Positions 1 through 11,670 of a stretch of DNA of 64,000 nt are shown piece after piece. This DNA comes from Raillietiella orientalis (Eukaryota). The notes under the pieces are model-generated. The model was not told where the DNA came from. It worked only from the letters and a program-made list of their open reading frames with translations, and searched no databases. Numbering within the stretch: position 1 is the stretch's first letter; the number at the start of each line of letters is the position of its first letter. Made by a program: the position numbers and the translations under genes. Location: the NCBI GenBank assembly GCA_036172245.1, contig JAYWIR010000075.1:1-64000 (forward strand), read 5' to 3'.

Positions 1-544
1 GTCATGTGGACCACCACGGAGCGGTCCATGGATACTGGCAATATCTTGCGGCCGTCTACGTTCAGCGGCGCATGGATTAGGCGGTGAGCCAAGGTGACAT
101 CTTTGCAGACCACCTCGACCCGCTGCCCGCCGCTGAGGACGAAGAGGCCGTCCAGATCCTTCTCTGTAACATTCGCGTCCTTCAACGCTTTGCTGAAGGC
201 GCGCGCTGTCCGGCCGTCGAACAAGTTGCCTACCTGGTAGACAAGCGATGGCTTGTACCCGGAGGCCTTGTATGCGGCCATCTCCGCCATGGCGTCTGCG
301 CTGGGCGCGGCCACCATGGCGCTCCATGTCCTCGGCGTGGCCGGGGATGATTCCGGGGGCGGCTGCCCCTGCTCCAGTAGGCTGTGGGGGCGAACTAGCC
401 TCCCCCACTCCCACCTCCATCGCGGTGTCCTCTGGCGTCGTGGCCATTGGACACCGACGATGTACACTAAACACCACACACAAGAAAGCGCTTTCTTACT
501 ACCCTTTGAGGAGTGAAGGAAAAACACGTCCTCCAACTGGCCGC
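1..544 (-). mobile_element. L1/Tx1-like LINE, family B, 5' end and ORF1 N-terminus (copy B3; continues out of the window)
   Basis: Reverse complement closely matches 48948-49500 (5' GCGGCCAGT..GGACGTGTTTTTCC; ORF1 MATTPEDTAMEVGVGEASSP). Confidence 0.9.
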
Positions 545-736
545 GGAGGTTGCTGGCTGCAACGAGGCTGCCAGATCCTCCGTGGCTCGCGCGAAGGCTA
601 CGTCATCGATGGTAGTGTCGATGACGGACGCCGCCGCCGGCTCGCTCCCCTCGCTGTTGACAGAGTCAACAGAGGGGTTGTCGTCGGTAGCGGCGAGTTC
701 TTTTCGCAGCTGTCGGGAATACGCTCCACGACAACG
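545..736 (-). mobile_element. LINE family A copy A3, ORF1 internal piece between insertions B3 and E1
   Basis: Encodes VVVERIPD..; homologous to 44565-44770. Continues at 6532 across a 9-bp TSD. Confidence 0.85.
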
Positions 737-849
737 GCCGCACGGACCTGTTCTGTGTTGCTCCTCGAGCGTGATTCCTTTCCGTCTTCTTGTGTGAAGT
801 GTGCTCGAGTGCGTCCACTGGAATTTTCACGGAGGCCCTGCAGCAAAAG

Positions 850-2763
850 ATGGATGTGGAGGCTGCTACTGGCAGTAGAGACTCTACTCCAGATGTCCGC
901 TCCGCCTCTGATTCTTGTGTCTCGCCACCGGCGAGAAGCTTCGCCGCCGTCGTCAAGGCGGCGGCAGCCAACGGAGCACCGCCCGACGAAGCGGTGCTGC
1001 AGGCATATGCGGCCCATGGCTACAAGCCTGCGCTCTGCTATCCGGTGAGTGCTGCGATCTCCGACGGGGTCGGAGAAAATCTATGGGATGAGCTTTTGCG
1101 CGTCGGGGACCGACAGGACGACCTCCTGGCCGTCATGCCGGTTAACGCGCTCGGACACTGGAAGGTGGACTGCGAAGAGGCATCCCTAGTCCAGAGCCTT
1201 CTCCGAACCCCGCTAAATATCTGCGGGAAGGTAGTCGTCCCGTCGGCCATGGACCAGTCGTTCGTGGTCCGATTGTCCGCCGTCCAGGACACGCCCGATC
1301 GCGTGCTCGTCGCTGCACTTAGTGCATTCGCCACGGTGCACGCGCTGTGGAGAGCAGACAATCCGATCAAAAGGATTGCATCTCTTTACAGCAGACTTTC
1401 CATGGCGCGTGTCACCATGGCGGATAGGAGGCAAATGCCTCCGCACTTTCAGGTGGGCGATGCGATCGTCCACCTTAAATTTGCCGGTCAGCGACCGGCC
1501 TGCGGCATTTGCGGTGCAGAGGGCCACCGTCCGTGGTCGTGCCCTTCACGCAACTGCCGCTATTTTAAACACCTCGGCCACTCCATCAAAAAGTGCGCCG
1601 AGCTGAAGAGAAAGCGGCAGGCGAAAAGCCGCCAACAATCTACCCCGTCCGCGCCGAAAGGATCCCCCGTTGTGCCACGGGAGAAATCGGGCGCGAAGGG
1701 TGGGGCATCTTCGAGTGGCGGTTTCGCGAAAAAGGGCGCGGTTGCTTCAGGGAAGCCACCATCCCAGACAGCCGCGCAGACGGTAAAGATGCCACGTCGC
1801 CCTGGGGGCAAATCGCTTCCTTCGAAGCAGCCTAAGAGTGCGGGCACGTACTCAATCAAGGCTGCTGAACCGTCCGCGTTCGCTTGCGCGTCCAGCGGAG
1901 CACACGGGAAACCGTGCGCGGTAACCCTCGGAGCTGCCTCTGAACGGCAGTCTCCTCTTACGGCGGTGGAGATCACGTCTTCCACGCCGAAGTCACGAGC
2001 AGCGAAGGCTGCAATAGCGTCTCGCGGGACGACGGCAATGACCGCCGTTTCGCCCGCATCGGCTAAGGAGCAGGTGCAGTGCGTAACGGGGACGGAGCCG
2101 TCTCCCGCCGCTAGCGCGAAACGTGAGCCGGCATCTTCGACCAAACAACTGAGGGAGGCGTCGGCCTCCCAGGAGGGCGTCCCCGACGCGGGCTGGAGTC
2201 GCGTCTCCAGGACGCCCACAAAGGGGAAGAAGAAGGTTGACCCTTCAATATTCCCCATCCTTAAGGTGGGTGGGAGGCAAAAGAGAAGCACGGCGAAGAA
2301 GGTGCGTACCCAGGTACGCACTACGGCTGCCTGCTCTGTCTCTGTCGCTTTGCGCGAGAGAGCGGCTGCGGAAGCCAAAGCTCCGGAAGCTGCGTTGGCG
2401 ACTGCGATGACCCCGGCGCGGGCAGGGCAATCCTCCATCTGCCGAAACAAAGAGAGACTGGCAAAACCTCAGTCTCGCGCCAGGCACTCAGACTCCGAGG
2501 TGGAGTCCGAGTGCAAACAAATGGAGCGCGCATCCCGGGGTAAGCTGGTAGCGCGCCGGGCTCAAGTGCGAAAGCACGAGCCTGTTGCCGGATGCGGTTC
2601 CGGTTCCTGCACGGAGACCGAGGCGATGATCCTCGTCTCCCAAAACTCAGCTGGGCGCGATGTGGCGGGGAACGGGAGCGATTCCGCTTCAGAATCCGCT
2701 CTCCTACCAGCTGACTTCTCGCCGGACGGTGCGAGGAGCACGCCGTCATGTCCACAGCAGTGA
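850..2763 (+). CDS. LINE ORF1 (gag-like; CCHC knuckle CGICGAEGHRPWSC plus a degenerate second knuckle; long Ala/Lys/Ser-rich tail)
   Basis: Open frame 790-2763, first ATG at 850; RSFAAVV motif shared with the other ORF1s; ends in TGATG overlapping ORF2. Confidence 0.85.
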   Translation: MDVEAATGSRDSTPDVRSASDSCVSPPARSFAAVVKAAAANGAPPDEAVLQAYAAHGYKPALCYPVSAAISDGVGENLWDELLRVGDRQDDLLAVMPVNALGHWKVDCEEASLVQSLLRTPLNICGKVVVPSAMDQSFVVRLSAVQDTPDRVLVAALSAFATVHALWRADNPIKRIASLYSRLSMARVTMADRRQMPPHFQVGDAIVHLKFAGQRPACGICGAEGHRPWSCPSRNCRYFKHLGHSIKKCAELKRKRQAKSRQQSTPSAPKGSPVVPREKSGAKGGASSSGGFAKKGAVASGKPPSQTAAQTVKMPRRPGGKSLPSKQPKSAGTYSIKAAEPSAFACASSGAHGKPCAVTLGAASERQSPLTAVEITSSTPKSRAAKAAIASRGTTAMTAVSPASAKEQVQCVTGTEPSPAASAKREPASSTKQLREASASQEGVPDAGWSRVSRTPTKGKKKVDPSIFPILKVGGRQKRSTAKKVRTQVRTTAACSVSVALRERAAAEAKAPEAALATAMTPARAGQSSICRNKERLAKPQSRARHSDSEVESECKQMERASRGKLVARRAQVRKHEPVAGCGSGSCTETEAMILVSQNSAGRDVAGNGSDSASESALLPADFSPDGARSTPSCPQQ

Positions 2764-5700
2764 TGCGTGGACTCGCGTCCGCTCGTCGCGTCAGCGTGGC
2801 CTGTTGGAATGTCAACGGGCTACGTGATGCTGACAAAAGGCGGACGGTAGCCAAAGCTTTGCGCGCGTTCGATCTGGTGCTGCTGCAGAACATACATAGC
2901 ATCTCGGAACGGCAGGCATCGGATCTGGAAGAGCGCGCGGGCGGAACGCTACACTGGCGGCAAGGCTCCACGCACACGTGCGGAGTCGCGTTCCTTGTCC
3001 GAAGCAGGGTGGCGGAGGCGGTGCGGAACGTTTGTTTTGACGAGGAAGGTCGTGTGGGCCAACTTGTCCTCAAGTGGTCCGAATCGATCGACCTGTTCGT
3101 TACGAACATCTACGCGCCGAGTGGCGGCCGGCATTACGCCCTGCGACTTGCATTCCTGGGTGGCCTGCGCAGCCGCTGGCTCGCTGATTCCGGCCCTAAC
3201 GTGGCGCACCTCCTTGCAGGAGACTTCAACGTCCACCTGCTAACAGAGGAGAGATGCCGCTTGAGGGAGAAGAAACTGGTGAGCGAGGTATGCGCGTCCG
3301 TGCGCGTGCAAAACTTGTTTGCTGGTGAGCCCGGGATGGAGAGATCGCCGGACCATGCGTTCCTCGATGAACACCTGCTCTCACGAGTAGGTCGGAGAGG
3401 GCGCCTGCTGTCCGCGATTTCGGATCATCCGAGACTAGATTTCGAGCTCCTTCCGCCTGGCAAAGGGCCTCCAATGAATGTCTGGAGGCTGCCGGCCGAC
3501 TGGCTTAGCAATTCGGAGGCAAGGGAGCATTTTCGCCAACATTTCCGGGGCTTCGCCATCCGTGAACTCGAGGACTGGGACCATCTGAAAAGATCGGTCC
3601 GCGAGTTCTGCTGCCGGTTCCTCTTGCACCTGCTACCCCGCGGCTTCAAGGAGGGTGTCGCGAACAGCAGATCCTATCTGCAGGCGCGTACCTTCTCCCG
3701 ATGTCCGGACGTCCGGCGTTTGGCGGAGTACAAGGCCAGGGCCGAGCGCCAGGTTTAGCAGTCTGGAGCGGCTTGTCTGCTGGATGACGCTGGCCAGGAA
3801 TGCTCGGCTGCAGCCGAAGTACACCGCGTAGTCAAGCGCTACTACTCCTCGTTGTACGCGGAGGAGCCCACGGAACGCAGTCTCTCCGAGCTGCTTCTTC
3901 CGACGGGTAACCCTGCTATCGACGAGGAGGAACGCGCCAGATTGGTTTGGCCCTTCACGGCGGAAGAAGTATCTTCCTCCATAGCGGGCCTGAAGAGGCG
4001 TAAGGCGCTTGGGGAGGATGGCCTGCCCGCGGAGTTCTTTCAGTGCTTCGCGGCGGAGCTCGTCCCCCTGGTGCTATGCCTTTCCTCGCTAATGCGTGAG
4101 ACGGGAGATGTTCCCGCTTCTTTCCGCTCAAAAAAGGTGCGGCTCCTGCCGGAAGGCGGTGATTTGCGCCACCTCAGCAACTGGCGTTTGATCACCTTTG
4201 TGAATTCGGACGTCAAGTTGTTCTCCAAGCTATGGGTCGCGCGGCTGGGGAGAATCGCTGAGTCCTTGGTAAGTCTGGAGCAGACGTATGCTGTTCCGGG
4301 CGGTCCATGGACGTGAATCTCTTCTTCGCGCGAACATGGTTCGAGTTGCAGCAGCGCGTGGCGCAGCAGAGCCAGGCAGCCTAAATCGCCGCTGCCAAAG
4401 GTAAGCGGCGGTGTTCAAGGCACGATGGAACGCCGGGAGCCTTAGCGGTCGCCGTCGATCTCTGCAAAGCGTTCGACAGCGTAAACCAGGACCTTCTTCT
4501 GGAGCTTCTGGGACGCCTAGGCCTCCCGACGCACCTCATTGCCTACTTGCGCTCCTGCTGGCGCCACGCTTTATGCTGTATCTCTTCCAGCGTGTGCCAC
4601 GTGTACGGCGTCCCCATACGGCGGAATATCAGGCAGGGAGACAGCTTAAGCCCCCTGCTCTTTAGCATCTTCTTTGAGTTGGTGCTGAGTGCGTACAGGC
4701 TGACGCTGGCCAACCTACCGAGCTCCTGCCCGGGAACACCGGCCGTAGCCGCCTATGCTGACGACCTTCTCCTGCTGCTGCCCATGTCCACCCCGGCGTC
4801 CAGCCTCGAGGACTTCTTCGAGCTCATTCGTCGGGGAGCGGGCCCGAGCGTCAAAAGGACGAAATCAACCGTTGTACCGGTTGGCTCTACGTGGGAGGGG
4901 CAGTCCGACTGGATCCGCCTGAAGATCCCCACGGGCAGTTGCTTGAAGTACCTCGGCGTTCCCTTGGGCGCCTTCTATCCAGCAAAAGCGTGGTCGGACT
5001 GCCTTCACAAGGCCGAGACTGCTCTGGGACCGTTCCAAGGCGGCAGGTTTCTCCTGTCGGAACGGGCCTTCGTGTGGAACATTTTCGTTGCCCCCCTCCT
5101 CCGTCCCCTCTTTTTTGTTTGTCCCCCTCCCTACTCGGCTAAGCGCCGGGCGCAACGCCTTTTGCGTAACGCCCTGTGGGGACCGGCGAGGTCCAGGATA
5201 CGCCTGAAGGACTTGGCGGCTCCTCGGCGGGATGCAGGATTGGGCATGCTGACGCTGGAGCGGATCGGACTGCTAGTGCAGTTCCGCATGCTGGCACTTT
5301 GTGCGCAGCTCTGGACTACTCCCTGGTGTGCTCCAGCGCGGCTTCTGTTGCGGCGCTGCACGGGTGGCGACGGACTGCGTTCGTTGCATCTGCGCACGGA
5401 ACGCGCCCAGAGAGGATTCGGCTTCCCTTTGAAGCAGCTCGCCACGCTTCTGGGAAAGCATGAGTGGATCTCCTGCCGGCCGACGAACTTCAACGCCTGG
5501 AGGCAGGAAGCCTTATCGTTCTGGGCAGCGCAACAGGATGTGTTCCATTTGGAACTCCGTTGCGTGAAACTTTCCCCATACCGTCAAATGGGGAAAGTGC
5601 TGGAAGACTTGGACCGGTGGACACGCCTAGCCGCTACGCCACTCGCCGAAGCACTGTGTGCACTGATGGTGCGAGATGACAGTGACCTGCCGGCGAGGTG

Positions 5701-6325
5701 GGAGATCACTTGCGAAATCGCAGGCGAAACCCGACTGCTGGGCGGCTGGCGGACTTGCGAAGTGGCAGACGCTGCGACACCTCGCCTTCGTGCCAAGGGA
5801 CTTCTCCAGTGGAGTGAGCTCCTCGGGGTGCCCACCGATGAACTTGTGGTCCCTTCTGCGTGTTTGGACGCGACTCACTTCCCCCTTCGGTGGAAACAGG
5901 ACGCTTTTCTGCTGGTGCATTGGGATTTGTACTGCAACCAGTAGGCGCACCTGATTTCCGGGGGAGTTGCTTCCCCGAACTGTGCTCAATGCGGAGCGAT
6001 GGAATCGCTTCCGCATTTTCTGTTTGAGTGCGGTGCCCTCCAGGAGCTGTGGCGGCAGCTGTCTTCAGCCCTCCTGCACCCTGAACACACAGCACTGGAT
6101 TGGATGCGCCGCTTCTACACGCGTGGCGGTCTTTCTCTTGGAGCGGTCGTCGCAAGCATCTGCTGCGTCCGCGCCATTGTCAGGGCCCGCCACGTATTGC
6201 AGATGCGAGCGGTCCCAACATCGGTCCCCGACACCGCAGCCTGCAACCTGCAAATGGCTGCCGGGTGGCCACATCTGGGAGCAGAAGTGAGGACGGAGAT
6301 CGGCGGCATTCACCGCCGGTTCTGA
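2763..6325 (+). pseudogene. LINE ORF2 (APE endonuclease, RT, Zn finger), disrupted
   Basis: WNVNGL, YAP, GDFN, SDH, QGDSLSP, YADD, YLG motifs; stops at about 3756 and 5942, frameshifts near 4300-4450. Confidence 0.92.
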
Positions 6326-6531
6326 GAATAGGAACGGTTAAACTGCATACCCCTGTCCCCGCCCTCCCTCCCAATTTATTTATTTATTGTCCCACCCCCT
6401 CCCGTTCCGAATTCTCAGTGTGCTCGGCCTGCGTTCCGGGAAATCTACTCCCCTTGTTCTGTTCCCCTTGCCTGGGAACACAGTTCTCAGTTGATATTAA
6501 GAATAAACGTCCCAGCGCAACCGGGTAATAA

Positions 6532-7730
6532 ACGACAACGCTGCATTCTTCAATTTGCTTGCTTGCCTGCTGTTTTTTCTGGCGGTAGGCGAGCTTTTTC
6601 TCCATGCTCCTCTCCTTCTTTGATTTTTTGGCTGTAGCCGCCTACCACCCAGGCTCCTGGCTAGTTCCCTCGACTTGTTCGGCGTTGTTCGCCGGGGTTT
6701 CGGGTGCGGCCTGGGCCTTGGGCGAGGCTGGCACAGCCTTCGCTGCAGCTTTCGCCGCCAGCCTTTTCTGCAGAAGCCGGGCGCGTTTTTTAAGGTTTCT
6801 CTTGGAAACCACCCGCACTGCTGCTTTTTGGCACACCTCCCTCGTGTGGCCCATTGTACCGTATACTTGGCACTGCCCATTGGGACACCTCTTTTTGAGG
6901 TGGCCCGACGTATTGCAGAAGCCACAGTATTTCGGCTTCCCCACATACCAGAGGTCGACGGTTTCGCCTTCGACCACCAGTTTGTGGGGAAGAGTGCAGC
7001 CCTCCCGAACATTCACGCGCGCAGCAGTGAGGCCGTGTTGCAGCCCCGTGTAGTCCTCGAAAGGACTTACTTTCGTCCACTGCGCGTGGACCGTTCCGAA
7101 CTGTTCCAAAGCGGCGCGAACCTGTTCTTTGCGCATTCGCGCGGTCACGCCTAACAGGTGGACCACCATGCTGCGGTCTGCCGTAGTGGGGAGGAGCCTG
7201 AGCGTCCCCATCACAACGGGGGTTTTAAGCAGTCGTTGGGCCAGCTCTGCATGTTTGCAGGTGACCTCAACGTACTGACACCCGCTGCGGATGGTCATAG
7301 CGCTGAGCTCCTCCTCTTTCACATAGAGAGCGCGCATGCCCTTCGAGAAGGCGCGTGCGCTCTCTAAAGAATATAAATTGCCTACCTTGTAGAACAATGA
7401 GGGGTTGTACCCCTCCTCTACATAGGCCGACAATTCCGCCGCGGCTGCAGGCGATGGCGCCGACACAACGGCGCTCCACGCCCGCGCTGCAGCGGGGACC
7501 GATTCTGTGGGGGCGGATGCCCCCACCTCCATCGCCTCTGGGGGCGACGTTGCCGCCGCCCTCTGGCTTTCGATCGCCTCTGGAGGCGGCGTTGCCACTG
7601 CCCCCTGGCCATCCCTGGTGGTCGCGTCAGGCATCGCTGCCTGATCTACCACCGAACCACACGACGCTTGTACTGGGGGAGACTTCCTGGCACGAGGAGC
7701 ACCGAGAAAACACGTCCACCCTGGAGCACG
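6532..7730 (-). mobile_element. LINE family A copy A3, 5' end and ORF1 (ATG at 7634)
   Basis: ORF 6642-7733 with CGFCNTSGHLKKRC knuckle; near-identical to 43417-44570; GGACGTG at 7717-7711. Confidence 0.92.
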
Positions 7731-8148
7731 CAAGGCGGCCGACTGTGTAGACCAGGAACTCCTCTTGGAGCTCCTGGAACGCCTCGGTCACCGGGTGCAC
7801 GTAGTGGTTTATTTGCGCGCTTGCTGGCCCCTCGCGCTGATCTCGATCTCTTTCAGCGGCTGCCACTTGTACTTCGTGCCGGTGCGGCGGAGCAGCAGGC
7901 CAGGCGACAGCTTAAGTCCGTTGCTTTTCAGCATCTTGTTCGAGTTGCTGCTGCGGGCGTACAGGCTGACGCTGTCCAACCTGACGAGCTCTTGTCCAGG
8001 AACGCCGTCCCTGACGGCCTATGCTGACGACCTGCTTCTCCTTTTACCCATGACCACCCCGGTGTCCAGTCTCGAGGATTTCTTCGAGCTGATTCGCCGG
8101 GGAGCGGGCTTGAGCGTAAACCGGAGCAAGAGCGTGGTCGTTCCTATT

Positions 8149-9128
8149 TTTTTAATAAAGGCCAGTAGCGACCCCCAAGAGGAGATCGCTACTATTGGCC
8201 TAGGACGATGGAAATCTTTGGGTTCTTGTATTTCTTCATTCTTTTATTTTTTTTTTTTTTTAAGAGTTTTTTTTTTTTTTGGTTCGCTAAGTACCTCAGA
8301 GCCGGTCGCGTGCCACGCGGCGCACGTGGCTCTTTTTTGAACATTAAACACACGCCCCCCCGCCCGCGGCAGCCCGCAGGGGTGTGTGTAATTCTTCAGG
8401 ATAGGGGGCACCCTGGGATGGAGGTCCGCCCTATGAATCCAGGAAGGGCTCGGAGTCCGTTCCTCTCACGCTTGGGGAGGGATCCCCCGGACGGGGGGGA
8501 TTGTACCTCCCACCCTGGTTGTCTCCGAAGGGGAACCCCGAAGGGAATCTCCTTCCTCATTCCCTCCGGAGGGACACCCCCCCTATGGGGAGGGGCTATC
8601 CTCTCCATTTCAACTTCATTTCAACTTCTCCGAAGGGAACCCGGAAAGGATCCGCCTGTAGGAATTTCTTCTCCCGAGGGAACCCGCAAGGGAACCGCTC
8701 CTGTTCACTCCTCTGAAGAGAACCCCGAAGGGACGCTTCCGAAACTCAGAAGGGGCTCTGCATCTTCCCGCAGGGAATCGCTCTCGCTTGCCTCCTTGTG
8801 CACTCTGTGAAGAGGCGATGACTCGGAGGGTCTCCCGGTGGGGGAGGGTTCGCTCTCCGTTGCACGACAGGAGGGAGAACTCCCCATTCCTTGATTCCTG
8901 GGAGGACCCGAAGGTCGACTCCCATTGTTCCGGCCTTCATCGGGGGCCTCCGGATCAAACCACCGCCGGTGCCACGCCCGAACGTCTCGGCCAACCAGCG
9001 CCATTGCAGGAGAAACTCGGAACTCGACGACGCAGTGGCGTCAGAGTTTCTACTGAAGTATTACGAACCCGCGACGCGTGGTGCCACACTCGGAAGCCTT
9101 AACCACAAGGCCTCCGACGCGGGCCTAT
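8149..9128 (-). mobile_element. About 980-bp tRNA-headed SINE-like retroposon
   Basis: 14-bp TSD TGGTCGTTCCTATT (8135-8148, 9129-9142); tRNA-like head 9120-9038 with D-arm GCCTT-GTGGTT-AAGGC and GGTTCG; short A tail; no recognisable ORF. Confidence 0.72.
8520..8780. repeat. Degenerate short repeats (CC)GAAGGGAACCC inside the SINE-like insert
   Basis: ctccgaaggggaaccccgaagggaa, ctccgaagggaacccggaaagg, ctcccgagggaacccgcaagggaac, gaaccccgaagggac. Confidence 0.7.
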
Positions 9129-10661
9129 TGGTCGTTCCTATTGGTGCGGCGTGGGAGGGGCTGTCCGACTGGATTCGCCTGGAGATCCCGACCGCTTCAT
9201 CCTTCCAATACTTGGGCGTTCCGCTGGGGAACGTGAGCCCAGTGCAAGTGTGGTCGGGCTGCCTTCGGATGTCTACGAGTGCTCTGAGGCCGTTCCACTA
9301 CGGCAGGTTTCTCCTTTTTGAGCAGGCCGCGGTATGGAACACCTTCGTTGCCTCCCTCTTGCGCCCCCTGCTTTTTCTTTGTACGCCCCCCTACTCAGCC
9401 AAGCTCCAGGCGCGAAGCCTGTTGAGGAACGCTCTTTGGGGCCTTCGAGGTCTAGAATTTGCCTCCAAGACTTGGCGGCTCCTCTTAGGGATGCTGGATT
9501 AGGCATCCTGACGCTGGAGAGAATCGAGTTGCAAGTGCAGCTTCGAATGTAGGCCTTGTGCGTCAAGCTTTGGTGCACTCTATGGTTTGCTCCCGCGCGC
9601 CTGCTTTTGCGACACTGCACCGGCAGCAATGAACTTCTGTCGCCCAGGCCTCACGCGGAGCGCGCCGCGAGTAGCTTCGTTTTCCCCTTGAAACTCCTCT
9701 ATCGGCCCTTGTTAGCCCAGGAATGGATCTCCTGCCGCCTAACAAACTTTGAAGCCTGGCGGCAGGAACCCTTGCATGCTTGGGCAAAGCAACAGGATGT
9801 TTAGCTTCTGGAGCTCCGTTGCGCTCACCTCTTTTCGTACTGCACGGTGGATGAGGTGTGCAACAGCCAGGAGAAGTGGACCCGCCTGGCCGTCGCGCCG
9901 CTCGCCGACGCACTGTCAGCCCTCAGGGCAAGAGATGACAGCCGCGAAACGGCGAGAAGGGAGGTGGCCTGCACCATTGCAGGAACAACACGACCTATTG
10001 GCGGCTGGAGGACTTGCGAGCTCGCAGATGCCGCCACGCCTCGCCACGTTCCGAAGGGACTCCTTCGGTGGAGCGAACACTTGAGTGTGCCCCTTGAAGA
10101 ACTTGTGGTTCCTCCCTCGTGTCTGAACACTTCTGTGTTCCCCCTTTCGTGGAAGCAGGACGTGATTATGCTGGTGCATTGGGGTTTTCACTCCAACCAG
10201 CGCACGAACCTTGTTTCCGGGGGAGTCGTCTCCCCGAACTCTAAGCGGTGCGGGGAAGTGGAAACGCTCCCGCACCTGCTCCTGGACTGCGATGTCCTCG
10301 AAGGACTGTGGCGGAGGCTGGCCTCAGCTCTCCAGAAACAGTGGGACACCTCGGGAGAATTGATGCACCGCTTCTCTACGCCAGGCGGTCTGTCGTTAGG
10401 TGCTGTCATCGCAACGGTCTGTTGCACCCGCGCCATCGAAAAGGCCCACCGAGAGTTCGAGAAGCTGGCCATCCTTCGTCAGCCCTCCGGAATAGCCAGC
10501 GCGAACACGTCGTCGGCTGCCGAATGGGCCCATCTTCAAGGGGGCGTTAGGAGAGAGATCGCCGGCATTCATCGCCGGTTCTGAAAGAAAGGAACGGCCG
10601 TACCAAAGACCCCTGTCCCCTACCCTCCATATCTTTATTTTTATTTTCTTTATTTTTATAT

Positions 10662-11585
10662 CCTCGCTGGTAGACGGAAGGAGCCTCTGGGGCTTTTATG
10701 ACTTGCATTCCGCCTTCCGGGGTGGTGCCTCCGCTAAGGAAGAACTTCCGGCCCCCAGGTCTCACTCACCTGCGGGGGCCTTCTCCGGCGGAGCCGGCCT
10801 TCGCACGGCCTTGCGTGAGGGGTTCTCACGCTCGGCCAGCGTAGCCGCGAGCTCCGCCGCCGCCTTCGCTAAGCCGGCGTCCTCGCCTTCGGCGAGCGCG
10901 ACGCGCGGCTCATCCTCTGTGCAAACAAAGGGTTCGCCTTCAGGAACCACTTGCGCGACGGAAACGGCGAGGGAGGCTCGTCGCCCCGGGTGGCAGCCTC
11001 GAGAACGGCGACGCGTTCCAGTGCCACCAAGCATTCGTCGATTTTTTCAGGACGCGGCTTTTTCTTTTTCTGCGCTCCGCTCGCGACTTTCTCCGCTTTG
11101 TTCTTTGCCTGTTTTGCAGGCTTCTCTTTTCTGGCCTTAACCAGCTGCCAACCCTCCTCGGCTTCCGCGTCTTCAGAAGTTTTCTCCTCCAACGACTGTG
11201 TGGGAGGAAGAGGAGATGGCGGCTGGGGCCTGCCATTTTCGCGTTTAGGTCTTTTGACCTTTTTTTCATGCTTTGTCTGCGCCTTTTTGGCTGCAGGAAG
11301 CACCGGGGTGGGGCGTTTTGTGGACACGCGCCGAACGTGTCCCTCACCTCGCACAAGTGGCACTCAATGTTCGGGCAACGTTTTCACAAGCGCCCTACTG
11401 CATTGCAGTAGCCACAGTAACGAAGTTTCCAGACATACCAGAAGTCGACCGATTCTATCGCGACCTCTACCTTGTGGGGTAGCCCACCAACCTCATTCAC
11501 AGTGACTCACGCCGCAGCCTGGCCACCGAAGAGGCTATTATGGCCTTCAAAGATGGTAGGCTTATCTCAGTACGACCTCTACGTT
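10662..11585 (-). mobile_element. Degraded ORF1 fragment of a family-B-like LINE
   Basis: GHVRRVSTKRPTP, EEGWQLV and AAELAATLAERENPSRKAVRRPA match 49750-50480. Confidence 0.85.
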
Positions 11586-11670
11586 TTCGAAGCTGTGGGT
11601 CGGGCGCCTAGGGAAAGTCGAGGAGTCCGTGGTAAGCCCTGAGCAGTCTTACGATCCGGAGGCAAATCTT
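11586..11670 (+). mobile_element. Short RT fragment of a C/E-like LINE
   Basis: Reads KLWVGRLGKVEESVVSPEQSY, compared with KLWVARLGRIAESVVSPEQTY at about 54730. Confidence 0.65.

Larger units (their letters stand above)
737..6531 (+). mobile_element. Full-length, decayed L1/Tx1-like LINE, family E (copy E1)
   Basis: TSD ACGACAACG at 728-736 and 6532-6540; 5' GGACCTG motif at 744; ORF1 and ORF2; 3' AATAAA plus terminal hairpin at 6502-6525. Confidence 0.93.
7731..10661 (+). mobile_element. LINE family H, 3' half of ORF2 from the KAxDC motif (host of A3), interrupted by a SINE-like insert
   Basis: DCVDQELLLE..GDSLSP..YADD; C-terminal Zn finger; stop at 10584; T-rich 3' UTR cut at about 10661. 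Confidence 0.88.

Noticed and set aside
545..7730. Left cluster as a segmental duplicate of 45444-49500
   Set aside because: The outer hosts (H versus F) and the A subfamilies (A3 versus A2) differ, while only the junction positions coincide.
8700..8760. CTGAAGA..GAAAC as a hammerhead ribozyme core
   Set aside because: Stems I and III and the NUH cleavage site cannot be formed, and stem II pairs poorly.
8520..8780. Spaced repeats as a CRISPR array
   Set aside because: Short, degenerate and irregularly spaced; eukaryotic context; no cas genes.
9038..9120. Functional tRNA-His gene
   Set aside because: Anticodon and T stems do not pair canonically, and it lies inside a TSD-flanked insert.
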